Shown here: positions 1 through 12,315 of the stretch, piece after piece
How positions within the stretch are numbered: position 1 is the first letter of the stretch
Layout: each line of letters opens with the position of its first letter
Source of the DNA: Rhizophagus irregularis
Taxonomy: Eukaryota
Direction: 5' to 3'
Assembly (NCBI RefSeq): GCF_026210795.1
Contig: NC_089429.1
Span: 6,138,001-6,202,000 of the forward strand
DNA length: 64,000 nucleotides
Notes under the pieces: model-generated
What the model was told of the DNA's origin: nothing
Database searches by the model: none
What the model saw: the letters and a program-made list of their open reading frames with translations, nothing else
Made by a program: the position numbers and the translations under genes

Positions 1-169
1 TCCCATTCTTTTCAATGCCTACTAAGTAATATAATGATGTCATTTAAGTAAAAGTAGTTTATTTATTACAGAATTGAGTTAGAAATAAAATATCATTATA
101 TAAATTTTAGCAAACAATTTTATAATTTATTATTATCAAAGCATAATATTGCTAGAATGATTAAATGAT

Positions 170-945
170 TATGGAAAGCCGTCCTTGACAAAAGGTTGAT
201 GTCCAAACATCATGAAATATAATGTTTAGACATCATGATGGTATGTCTAGACATCATGTTTGATATATGTAGGATGATGTTTGTACATTATTTAACATGA
301 TGTGAAAGACATCAACCAACATGATGTCTAGACATCATGCTGATCAAATTACCAAATATAGTATATTTATGAGTTACACAAAATAAAATTTACTATATTT
401 GGTAACATGATGTCTAAGACATCATGTCGGTTGATGCTTGAGCACCATGTTGAATGATGTACAAACATTATTCTACATATATCAAACATGATGTCTAGAC
501 ATTATCCAACATGATGTCTGGATATCAACCTTTTGTCTATGGAAAGCCGTCCTTGACAAAAGGTTGATGTCCAAACATCATGAAATATAATATTTAAACA
601 TCATGATGGTATGTCTAGACATCATGTTTGATATATGTAGGATGATGTTTGTACATTATTTAACATGATGTGAAAGACATCAACCAACATGATGTCTAAA
701 CATCATGCTGATCAAATTACCAGATATAGTATATTTATGAGTTACACAAAATAAAATTTACTATATTTGGTAACATGATGTCTAAGACATCATGTCGGTT
801 GATGCTTGAGCATCATGTTGAATGATGTACAAACATTATTCTACATATATCAAACATGATGTCTAGACATTATCCAACATGATGTCTGGATATCAACCTT
901 TTGTCAAGGACGGCTTTCCATATTTGTCAAGGACGGCTTTCCATA
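170..945. mobile_element. Palindromic MITE (outer copy), TATGG...CCATA termini, 6-bp TSD AATGAT; IS3EU-like
   Basis: TIR tatggaaagccgtccttgacaaa at 170 and its reverse complement ending at 945; aatgat at 164-169 and 946-951; internal CATGATGTCTAGACATCATG-type repeats. Confidence 0.9.
538..922. mobile_element. Second, near-identical copy of the same MITE inserted in the right TIR of the outer copy, 6-bp TSD TTTGTC
   Basis: Complete TIRs at 538 and 922; tttgtc at 532-537 and 923-928. Confidence 0.9.
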
Positions 946-1167
946 AATGATGACTTCACTTATGCCGATCAATTGTAACCCAGGTTTATACTATACTATT
1001 TATAGAAATTTTTTAATGAATGTTATACATGTTGTACAAGAGTTTATTTGCGAATATATATACCCGAACTCCGTTACTTTTTTTTTTTTTTACGCTTCAA
1101 TTTATTAAAGTAATAACGTTATTTGTTATCTTTGAATTTAATAGGTAGATTGCAATCTATATATATA

Positions 1168-1718
1168 CAGTAGGCGATCAAAAGTATACGGACACCTTGT
1201 TTTACGAAATTATGTAGATTACCATATGGTCATATGATACGAATAACACATGATTTTGAATTTAGGATCATGATAAACAAATGCACTTAATTTTTCAGAC
1301 TTTCCTTTATTAGTTAATTTTTTATCAAACATGGAATCATTTGCACTAAAATCATCAAAAACATTAAGATTAGGAATCTGGTTTTAAACTTACTGAAAAT
1401 CTCTGGGCAGATATAAAAACAACTATTTACCTACTTTCTGGCATACTTCACTATCATTTTAACTTAAAAAAAATAATAGAGAATGCACAAAAAAAAATAT
1501 TTCTTCAAGAATATTATAAGAAAACTAATCAATATGATGCATGGAAAATTGAAGTAATTCCTGCCATAAATTAAATTATTAGCGTTTATATTTATATGTA
1601 ATTCAATAAATGAAGATGAAATAAATATGTTTACTTTATATTTTAGTTTTATTTTATATTAAATGTATGAGAATTTTTTTAATTTGAGAGGTGTCCGTAT
1701 ACTTTTGATCGCCTACTG
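1168..1718. mobile_element. Tc1/mariner-type MITE, 30-bp perfect TIR, TA TSD
   Basis: cagtaggcgatcaaaagtatacggacacct at 1168 and exact reverse complement ending at 1718; TA on both sides. Confidence 0.9.
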
Positions 1719-1737
1719 TATATACAACCCAAATCGT

Positions 1738-3606
1738 ATGGAAATATTCAAAATGAATTCTAAAGAAAATCTTAAAAGTTTATGGAAGAGATACGATGAT
1801 GAATATCAGGTAAAACAGTTCACATTATTACTATTAATAACATTATTTTTTAAATAGTAATAGTTTTTTTTTTTAATTATTTATTATAAAAGGATCATGT
1901 CATTACAAATTCTACTATAGATCCAACTACTGAATTAATAGAAGAGGCAGCTGAAAAAGTAGTTTATATGAATGACTTAAAAAAAGGAAAACAAGTATAT
2001 GAAATATGTGGGGACTGTAATGAACCTGGCACAGGAAAATATTGGTGTCAACCTTGTAATGCTAAAAGATTTAAGGATAACTTTAAAAATTGGACTAGTG
2101 GAAATAAAGATAATGATGAATTTATACAACAATCACAACTTAATGCTGTGCACTGTAAAAAATATCTTGAATGGATAACTTTTGAAAATTTTAAAGATAT
2201 TACTTATATTACCAGAGGTGTATTTAGTAAAATTTATTCGGCTGAATGACCTGAAGGATGTATTCATTATTGGGATATTGAAAATCAAAAATGGATAAAG
2301 TATGATAATAAAAAAGTTGCATTAAAAAGTTTGGATAATTCTTCTTGTATAAGTACAGAATTCTTAAATGAGGTAATTAAAATTAGTAATGTAATCTATT
2401 TACTTGATTTTATTTATGTATTATTTATATATTTATTAAAAATTTTTCGCTTTTCATTATTTTCATTAGATTAAATCTCATCTTCAGATTTATACTTTTG
2501 ATGTTATTCAATGTTATGGAATAACTCAAGATCTAAATACCAAAGATTATATGATGGTTTTAGAATATTGTAAATGAGGAAATTTGAGAAATTATTATAT
2601 TAATAATGAATCATATTATTATTTAAAAATTAATGAATTTCTATTTATTGCAAGTGGACTTTTAGATATTCACAATGCTGGAAAAGTTCATAAAGATTTT
2701 TATTTAGCTAATATATTATATGATGATAATGAATGTTTATATATAAGTGATTTAAGAATGTGCCAACCAGCAAATAATGAAAAGTAATCGGTTAAACAAG
2801 AAGGAATTTATGGAGTATTACCTTATATGGCACCAGAAGTTTTACGTGGATATCAATATACAAAAGCATCTGATGTTTATTCATTTGGAATAATTATGAA
2901 TGAATATTTATCTGAAGAAACTCCTTATAATAATATTCCTCATAATCATTGCTTTAGCTATTAAAATATGCAAAGGACTTAGACCAAATATTTTTAAATA
3001 TACACCAAAATTACATGCAGATTTGATTACTAAATGTTGGGATGCTAAAGCAGAAAATAGACCAACTGCTAAAGAATTGTTTCAAGAACTCAAGAAATTG
3101 CAAGAATATCAAGTAAATGAAGATGATAGTGATATTAAATCTCAAGTAAATGAATATGATGATAAGATTAAATTAAACCGAACAAGTGAGAAAAGATCTA
3201 ATAACATTCAAACACATCCACAAGCAATCTATATTAGTAGACTTTTAAATTTCAAAAATCTTCCAGAACCAGTAAATTCAGGTAATTTAAATTAATTACT
3301 TTTTAACAAAAAGTATAGTATTTATGGTGCTAGTTGTTGTATATTTTCTAACAGGTGCTATTCAATCAACATTATGTAAGTAATTATATTTATTGGTAAT
3401 TTATATTATTAGTAAGTTAGTATATTATTAATTTAATTGATTTATAGTTTCAGAAGGTCATTAGATGAATCAGGTAAGATATTCAGTCCTTAATGTTTTT
3501 ATTTTATCAATACTTTATTATATATATATACCTTATATATCTATATTTATTTATTTTTATAGATCTTAATGAAATGAATCAAGATGATGAAAATGATATT
3601 GAATGA
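1738..3606 (+). pseudogene. Intron-containing tyrosine-kinase-like protein kinase pseudogene (Glomeromycotina-expanded type)
   Basis: CxxC...WCQPC N-terminal motif, HKDF-x-ANIL, YMAPE, DVYSFG, CWDAK..RP, HPQAIYISRLL; GT-AG introns ~1810-1892 and 2373-2469, plus 3' micro-exons (~3356-3375, ~3449-3473, 3563-3606); stops at 2247, ~2575 and 2785, frameshift ~2950. Confidence 0.85.
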
Positions 3607-4835
3607 AGTTTTCTTTTCAATTAAAGATATTAGTTTAACTAAATAACATTTTTAAATTATCTTTTTATGTATGGTATATTGGTTAAAAATAAATTTTAAA
3701 TGGTTATATTTAATAAAAATCAATGATTATTAATGACATTAAATATATTATTTTAAGTCAAATCTAATTAGAAAGCTTAACAAACATGTGTAAATTAGAC
3801 AGAATTATTGCTAGATAATATCATCTGGGCAATAATTTATTCTGTATATCCTAACGAAGTTTTATCACTAACAAACATTTTAAATGATTTATAGGTAAAA
3901 ATAAAATCTGGAGTTTGATGACTTGAATTGTCTTGGAGTGAAAGAAAACTAAAGAAGTTGAAAGTGAAAATAACTCCAAAATTAAACTCGATAATAAACC
4001 ACTGCGGGAACTTTGAAATGCTGTATACACATTTAATGGCGTTAGATTTTTCCACAAACAGGAAATTTAGTCACAGATATAAAAGGGAGTAGTACTTTTA
4101 TACACTTATACAGTTATACTATTATCAGTTACTTGTAAATGAATATTCTTAAATTTTTGTCTGTTTGTTTGAATTTTCATTTTATGACAATAATATAGTA
4201 TAACGATTTAATTTAAGTAAAAATATTGAGTATGCCTGAGATAATTATTTTTTATTTCATGGAGTCACTGGAATATCATGATTTTCACGGCTGCATCATG
4301 AAATAACTATTACTTACTTTATTGTTTCATTATTTTATTATTTGCAATAAAAAAATATTTCATATAAGTTTTATCACTAAAAATTTACAAGCACATAAAC
4401 TAAAAAATATTTTACACTAATACTATTTGAATACTAATATGCAATTACATATATATATGGTTATAAAATTTGTTATACATCTTGATTTTGCTAATATATA
4501 ATCATAAAAATCTTCAATTTTTGTCTATCATCTCTATTAACTAATATATATATTCTAATATATTATAATGATTAAATAAATGAGACAAGTGAAGTTTTCA
4601 GGATAATCATAATAGCAACAAGAAAAAAGATTACCTGTTCTCGTAAATGTTTTCAGTTCATAGAAGTGGTTATCTGAAAGAGTGCACTGGATTCACAAAC
4701 GTGAATAAGATAATTTCGATGCTTTTAGTGTAGACAAAATGTTTCAAATAATACTACATCTACAATAAATTAATATACTCAATCATGACGGTCAATGTAT
4801 CAGTACGATCAATCATATATATCCATTTCGGCAGG

Positions 4836-5813
4836 TAGTAAGTAAGTAACGGAAATTGGCTAAGTGAGTAACGTAAAGTTACTAATTTAGGTTAATTTAC
4901 GTTACTCCCCTTAATTAAGGCACGGAACGTAAGATAAAATTTTTTTACCTTCCATATCTAGCACCACGTGATTTATATTATCAATTTTTGCATATTATTT
5001 ATCTTAGTAAAAAATTTATTTTAAAAAAAATATTAGAGTTGATTTTCTTATGCCTTTAAATATAAAAAGAAAATTGATTTTATACTTTTAAAATTATAAA
5101 AATTATTTATTTTAAAACAAAATTATTTATTTATTATTTATTAATAAAAATAAAACAAATAAAAACATAACAGATAAGTTTTATTGAATTTAATTAATGT
5201 CTTTATTATTTATAAACTAAAATACAGTAAATAAACGCGTTACGCGTAACACGTCCTAATATTATTATGAAAATAATTACAACTCCACAAATATGAAAGC
5301 AAAACCCAGTAAAAATAGATCCTTGAGTAATCCATACCTATTAAACAGCTTTACTTATCTCCAAAAGACAATTAACTTTGACAAAGATATCAAAACTATG
5401 CTCTAAATTTTTTGTACCAAAAAATAAAACAGTTAATATAGTAGTTATTAGTTAATAATATGACAGGTAGTTTAATAAACAAATTTTATACCTAAATAAT
5501 TGTTCAAACTTAATTGTCCTTGACTTTTCTATCTTTTTATAAGATTTTGTTTGACATTAAAAGAATTAAAAGAAGGGAAAAAGAAAAAACGAGGGAGAGT
5601 TGCAAAATTATTGTTGAAAAATGTAAACAAATAGGCTGATCGTGATGTGCCACAAAAAATCACTTACATTGTCACGTGAACCATATAAGATACGTAACGT
5701 AAGATAAAAAAAATTTCACTTTACGTTACGTGCCTTATATTAAGTGGAGGAACGTAAATAAATCATGTGACTTTACGTTACTTACTTAGCCAATTTCCGT
5801 TACTTACTTTCTA
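4836..5813. mobile_element. Non-autonomous TIR element with ~110-bp imperfect TIRs
   Basis: tagtaagtaagtaacggaaattggctaagtgagtaacgtaaag versus its reverse complement ending at 5813; no clear long TSD (the terminal TA could be the TSD). Confidence 0.75.
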
Positions 5814-5829
5814 TATATTCTATCCATTT

Positions 5830-6832
5830 GAAGACAACTAACTATATATATAATAAGGTTTAAAATATTTAAATACTTTAATATAAGTATGTTTAAGAAC
5901 CCTTGAAGAAACAAACAATACAATAATTCGATTTCATAGATAATCCATAAATTACAACTTCATGTGCAATTCCACTTATGGGTTGATCAGAAATGGAAAT
6001 AACTCGTATGACTAAAATATTTAATTCTTTTTTGCAAATATTTGTTTTCACTAAAACCTCTGACTAAAAACATTGCTGGACAACAGCGTTCTTATTTATT
6101 TGTTGTGTACGTATCAAATTAATAATTCCGTTATAGTTAATATTAATTACCCATTCTTCCATCCATTCTCTGCCTGATTCACTAACATATTGCAATAAAC
6201 TTGGAGCAATATTCCCAATATCTAGTTCATAATTAAATTCTCTATTATCTCCTGTGAAAGGTTCTTTTACGTTTTTACGGAATTTGAACCAGAGATTGAA
6301 ATTCATCATAATTATTTTCGACTAATAGATCCATAGACAACATCCAAGTATTCTATATAAAAACGATAAATTCTTTATCTACAAATGCACTTCCACAGGA
6401 AGTCTCCACTACGTTCGGTAACCTCACTTAATTGTAATTGATTATTTCCAACTAACTTGCGAGTAGTTAAATCTAAAGTACCACCACCACAGTCAACAAC
6501 CACAAAAGTCGCTAAATATTTAAAAATTAATCAAATTAATAAAATAATTCCTTTTAATTAACGTTCATTATAATACCTTACTTCCTATGCTTAACAAATC
6601 ACGCAATAAACTGCTGCAGCTTCCGCTGTAAACATAAAAATTAGTTCATCCATTAATTAAAACTAGAGATTCAAGTTCTTCTCTTATTACTAGATTTTTC
6701 GAATATTTATCATTGATGAGATTTGCATTATATGCTCAATAGCATTATATATTCTGCAGGAGCAGTAAGAACCAATAAAACATTTTTCAAAGAAATTAAT
6801 ACTCCAGCGGTTGCGATTGTATCTTTAATGAC
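5830..6832 (-). pseudogene. HSP70-superfamily (HSPA12-like, actin-like ATPase) pseudogene
   Basis: Minus-strand remnants VLTAPAEY (~6760), EAAAVYC (~6615), TFVVVDCGGGTLDLTTRKL (~6455-6510), GSAFVDKEF, SSRVLKHTY; introns and frameshifts. Confidence 0.75.
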
Positions 6833-7058
6833 CTTAATATTTCATTAATTTATATCATACTCTGAAAGAATTTAATTGTTAATCAGTAATTAAAAGATAT
6901 AGAAATTTAAATTTATAATATAAATAAGAAATTAAAAATATATTATCCATATTAGATAGAAGTATTTGTGTTTAAAAAAAAAATTCAGAACCTGAGATTT
7001 ATTCTTATAATTCATAATTACATGAATATATAATCATTTCATTATATAATTGAATTAT

Positions 7059-8531
7059 TTACACGTTTATATCTTTAATAACCTTTTCAATTTTATATTT
7101 ATCAAACAGTTTCATATATAAATTATCTTTTCGATAAAAATAAGCGTTATCAAAATATAAGGAAACTGCAGGTCGTCCTTTCCACTTTTCAAGGAATGTT
7201 TCTAAAGTTTTTAAAGAAAACTTAATATCATAAGGAATTCTAATATCTCTTAGATTAGTTGATGCTTCCCTAATTAACACATTTGACAAGTAATCTCCAA
7301 ATTCTAACTCTCTCCCTTCTTCATAATATACTTCTTTAAAATTTAATGATCGTAAATTTTGACATTTTTTAAGTAATTTTTCAAATTCAATAAAGTGATT
7401 CTCCGATAATGGAAATACAGGAATTGATAAATATTCAATTAAATGACAATTTTCACAAATTGTACGAATAAAATTAAGAGAGTAATTATAAAAATTATCA
7501 TCATTCCGGTGAAAATCATTAATCCTTAATTCTCTAAGATATAAGCTATTTTTAACCATGCAATTAACTTGATAAATATCTATAAAATCTATTTCTAGGA
7601 TCTCAAGGTTACGATAAGCCACCATTTCCAATTTTTTATTGAAATCATCATTATTTAGAAATATAGGAGAATTAATTTCTAATATTTTTAAATTATGAAG
7701 TTCTAGGATTGTATATTGTAGAAATGTATAATTACAATCATTGTAAATATCGTAAAAATTGATGGGATAATCAAACTGAAGGCTTATATCAAAATGTTTA
7801 AGAGTATTTGCATGTTTTTTTAATACGTTAAAAATTTCTGTATAAGGATCTTCAAATAATTCCCAATAATTATATTCTTTAAATTCATCTACCCATCTAA
7901 AATATTTTAAATTTTTTTGAAATTCGATTAACTTAGTAGTTCCATGATTAACTTTTACTAAGTTTTTATTAATAACGATTATTCTTTGTATTTGTTGACA
8001 AATATGCGCTAATCTGTAAAAGTACCTAGAATCAATCAATGTGTCACATGTTAATTCACAAAGTGATTCAAGACGAACCTTTGCTTCTGGAAGATATACT
8101 ATCTCATAGGTACCACATATATTTAAGTACTTTATTTCTGGACATTTCTTTACCAATAAACTGTAAATTTCCTCTTGTAAAAGAAATTGATTATATTCTG
8201 ATAATAATCCAATGGAAATAATATCATCTATAACTTTTATATTGATATTCATACAGAAAGACAAATAATCAAATGCAAGTGATTGGCCTATAATTAGAAT
8301 CCTTCTCTTTGTTAATAATTCTTTAATATCATCGGATAAATAAGAAGTAATAATGGAGTATAAAGAAATTTTTTTATAATTAATAGAATAGCACCAAGGA
8401 TTCCTCCATAAGATTGGAATAACGGTTTCACACCATATTCTATTAACCATTAGGCATGAAAAGAGGAATTTTGAATTATTTTGTAATTCCTCAAATATCA
8501 AGAAAAGAATATCTTTATTAAGTTTGGACAT
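7059..8531 (-). CDS. F-box-like / RNI-type LRR protein, 490 aa, single exon
   Basis: Intact ORF; N-terminus MSKLNKDILFLIFEEL..LFSCLMVNRIWC..IPILWRNPW; degenerate LxxLxL repeats; C-terminal LETFLEKWKGR...KYK family motif. Confidence 0.9.
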   Translation of the reverse strand: MSKLNKDILFLIFEELQNNSKFLFSCLMVNRIWCETVIPILWRNPWCYSINYKKISLYSIITSYLSDDIKELLTKRRILIIGQSLAFDYLSFCMNINIKVIDDIISIGLLSEYNQFLLQEEIYSLLVKKCPEIKYLNICGTYEIVYLPEAKVRLESLCELTCDTLIDSRYFYRLAHICQQIQRIIVINKNLVKVNHGTTKLIEFQKNLKYFRWVDEFKEYNYWELFEDPYTEIFNVLKKHANTLKHFDISLQFDYPINFYDIYNDCNYTFLQYTILELHNLKILEINSPIFLNNDDFNKKLEMVAYRNLEILEIDFIDIYQVNCMVKNSLYLRELRINDFHRNDDNFYNYSLNFIRTICENCHLIEYLSIPVFPLSENHFIEFEKLLKKCQNLRSLNFKEVYYEEGRELEFGDYLSNVLIREASTNLRDIRIPYDIKFSLKTLETFLEKWKGRPAVSLYFDNAYFYRKDNLYMKLFDKYKIEKVIKDINV

Positions 8532-9028
8532 TCTCGATAAATAAAATGGAAATAAAATAAAAATAATAAATAAATAATGAAGTACGTTTTATATAAAATT
8601 CCGATGTATGACCATATGACCATAATAAAATGCAAACATTGGAAATACAATATATGGTAATAAATGTAGGGAGATCAATCAGTAATTCGGTGACGTTAAT
8701 TGCTGATCCGCATATAATTGGAAGTAAAAGTGAGTATAAAATAATATTCTGATTGGCCCATTGGTTACACTATTTTTCAGCCAGGTTGTTTGTTCACCAA
8801 TTTGTAACCTTAAATAGCAAGTATATTTTTTCAATATATGACGCAATTTATAATTCTTTGAAAAAAAAAAATTCGGGGCAAATTAGCTCAAAAACCATTT
8901 AAGGGTTTATTAATTTGCAAAAATAATTCCCTCAAAACGTATTAATATGGCAAGCCGAGACTGCCGAGTTGGACAAAATTATCAGACATTGTGCGGTAAA
9001 AAATCTTACCTGTTCATGCTTGTTACAG

Positions 9029-9321
9029 TAGCCCTGTTCATTTCTAGATCGTATCGGATTGACCGAAAAAATGTATAACCAATCAGATCATAGTTACAAT
9101 TGAGCACAATTTTTGATTGATCGGATTGGTTTATATATCCATAATAGCTTATAGGGCAAAAACACGTAGTTGTTGTTTATTACGTTTATTATAAAATCGA
9201 TCAGGGAAAAACACCAATTTTTGTAGATCGGCTTGACTGACCGCTGACCGCATCAGTAACCAATTATTTTGGGGTACAAATTTGCGATCAATCCGGTCCG
9301 ATCTAGAAATGAACAGGGCTA
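9029..9321. mobile_element. MITE nested in the left end of the foldback element
   Basis: TIR tagccctgttcatttctagatcg / cgatctagaaatgaacagggcta; the terminal TA may be the TSD. Confidence 0.8.
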
Positions 9322-10870
9322 GTGCTTGATATTTATCTGTCCGTGCTTGATGTTTATCTATCACGTGCTTGATATTTAATTTGTTGGAACAATTTTTTTT
9401 TAACAGAATTCATTGAGATTTTTTTTTTTTTGTAGAAAATTATTTGAAGAATTTTCTTAATAGAGAAGATTTTTTTTTTAATATATAATTTCGTTAGAAA
9501 TTTTTTTAACAAGTGAGATTTTTTTTTGATAGATAGAGAATTTCGATAAGAATTTTTTTTTTAATAGGAGGGAGTTTTCCTTGATAAAGAATTTCTTTTG
9601 GGAATTTTTTTTAATAGATGAAAGTATTTTTTGACGGAGAATTTTATTAGAGAATTTTTTTTTAATAGGGTTGATAGAGGATTTTATTAAAGAATTTTTC
9701 TTTAATAGGAAGATAAATAATTTCGCTGAAAATTTTTTTTTGATAGAAATTTCATCATAGAATTTTTTTTGATAGATCATTTCGTTATTAAATATTTTTA
9801 ACAGGGGAGATTTTTTTTGATAGAGAATTTTGATAAGAATTTTTTCTTTAATAGGAGGAAAGTTTTTTTTTTGATATAGAATTCTTTTGAGAATATTTTT
9901 TAATAGGTAAGAATCTTTGAATTTTTTTTGATGGAAGATTTTCATTAGATATTTTTTTGATTGAGAATTTCATTAGAGAATTGTTGGTTGAAAAGTTTTT
10001 TATTTTTTTGATGGAGAATTTTGTTAGAAAATTTGTTAGAAAATTTTATTGAAAATAGTTTTTTTTAATAAGGGTATCGAGAATTTTGGCTTGAAATTTT
10101 TTTTTTTAATAAAGAATTTCATTAGAGATCTTTTTTTTAAAAAAATTGATTGAAAATTTATTAAATTTTACAATTTTAATAATTTTTTTTTTTAATGGAT
10201 ATTATAAAATAAATTAATGGTTTGCTAGTAGTTGCTAAAGCTCAGCTCGAAAATTAAGAGAGCTGAGTCCACAATGAACTGATCCACGGCAAATATTATA
10301 CTATCCATACACTACTTATCGAAGAAAGGCTGAAGAACTAAAAAATAAAAAAAAATTGCGTTAGTGTTAATGTTCCATAAGAACAATACTGCTTATACAT
10401 TATACTATTTACCGTATAACTCCAAGGAAAGGCCAAAAAACTAAAAAATAAAAAATGCGTTGGTGTTATTCTGTAATGCCATATATTAAACTACTTATCG
10501 CGTAACTCTAAGGAAAGGCTGTTCTTACTTCATTTCAACGGAATTCACATCTAGAATAATGTCCCTAAAGAAAAAAAGAAAGGAATCATTAGTAACGTTT
10601 CCAAATTAAAAAAAATTAAAAAAAACCAAGTACGCTTCCCTTAACTTACATTTCCGTCATCTTTTTAAATAATAATAATGAATAAATTATTATTAAAAAA
10701 AAGATCGGTAAAAAAATAAATTTTTTATACAAAAAGTTGATTATCAATTAACCGATTGGATCGGTAAATCAATATCGGGAAGTCATATGATTAATTTTTA
10801 TTTTATTACTTTGTAGGCGAGCCAGCTTGAGCTTTTTCGAGCCAGCTTGTCAAGCATCAAGCCAATTTAA

Positions 10871-10902
10871 GCATGGCTTCGGCTCATGCAGAGCTTTACT
10901 AG
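10871..10902 (+). mobile_element. Helitron-like 3' terminus (hairpin then CTAG|T)
   Basis: gcatggcttcggctcatgc stem-loop, 9 nt, CTAG at 10899-10902 followed by T; partial copy at 45519-45541. Confidence 0.55.
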
Positions 10903-12014
10903 TATATAAAATTTGCTTAATTTACTATGCTATTTAGGAATTTATCATAGTTTTTTTTAATTTTATCTTTAATGTAATTTAGTAATATATTATGATTCAG
11001 CTTTTTTTTTAATTTTTATTTTATTTTATAGTACTGTATTTCTTTGTTTAATTAATATAATTAATATTCTTTTTGATCTATATTAGCATGCTTTTTTAAT
11101 TTTATCGATCTTATCTTTATAATTATTTTCTTAAATTTATTATTAGTTTTTAGTCTTGGTATTTCTTTAATTTCATTTTTATTTAATTAATTCTTTTTAG
11201 TATTTTTTTTTTTTTTTTGTTTTATTTGTTTCATTTTAATAATTTCAGATTTCTAGAAATTATTTATATGATATTTTTTAAAAAATTTATCTTACTTTAT
11301 TTAATAATTTTCTTTAGTTTGGTGTTTTTGATTCCATTTTTAACTTTAATTTTAGCATTTTTTTTTTAATTTTAATATTTTTTAATTCATAAAAATTTTT
11401 TTACAAATTTCTTATTATATAATCATATAATATTCATATATAACATAAATTAAAATAATGTTAACTTTAAAAAAGTATATAGCAGAAATTTGTTTGAAGT
11501 GTTTTCCCTTTTTATCATTAATAATATTAAATATTTGGCATAAAAACATTTTATTATTTTATACTTTTAATATATATAAATAGAAATTGGGGATTGCTAA
11601 ACATTGCCTGGGTTTTTTTTTTCAAATATGTCATATGATGTATCTAATTTTTGATCGGTTATTATTGCAAAAGGTATTTTTAAAAAGATTTTTTGCAAAC
11701 ATATTTATTCAAAATAATCTTATTGAATGAAATTTTATTTGCAAATATTAAAATTTAAGTCACACATTTATGATTTTAAAGAAAAAAATCACCATATTTA
11801 TTTTTATTGAAGTGTACAAATAAAACAAATAAAAGAAACAATAACAATAAATAAAAAAGATAAGTAAATTACAATGATCAAGGAGAAAGATGCTAATAAA
11901 AAAAAATGAAATAACAATGGAATAATGGAAAATAATAGAAGATGAAAGGGAGTAAAAAAGAGTAATGAGAAGTGATAGGAAACAGAAAGGAGAAATAGGA
12001 CATGATGAGAGATG

Positions 12015-12315
12015 AAAAGGAGTGATGGGAGACAAAAAGAAGTGATGGGAGACGAAAAGAAATGATGGGAGATGAAAAGAAGTGATGGGAGACGTAAAGG
12101 AGTTATAGGAGACGTAAAGGAGAGATGGGAGATGAAGAGGAGTGATGGGAGACGGAAAAGGAGTGATGGGAGACGAAAAGAAGTAATGGGAAGATGAAGA
12201 GGAGTGATGGGAGACGAAAAGAAGTGATGGGAGACGAAGAGGAGTGATGGGAGACGAAAAGGAGTGATGGGAGCAATGGGAGATGAAAAGAAGTGATGGG
12301 AAGATGAAGAGGAGT
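12015..12315 (+). repeat. ~20-bp minisatellite (GGAGTGATGGGAGACGAAAA)n
   Basis: About 15 diverged tandem units; reverse-complement array at 44505-44960. Confidence 0.9.

Noticed and set aside
1663..1857. 64-aa ORF
   Set aside because: Starts in the MITE TIR and reads through kinase exon 1 into the intron
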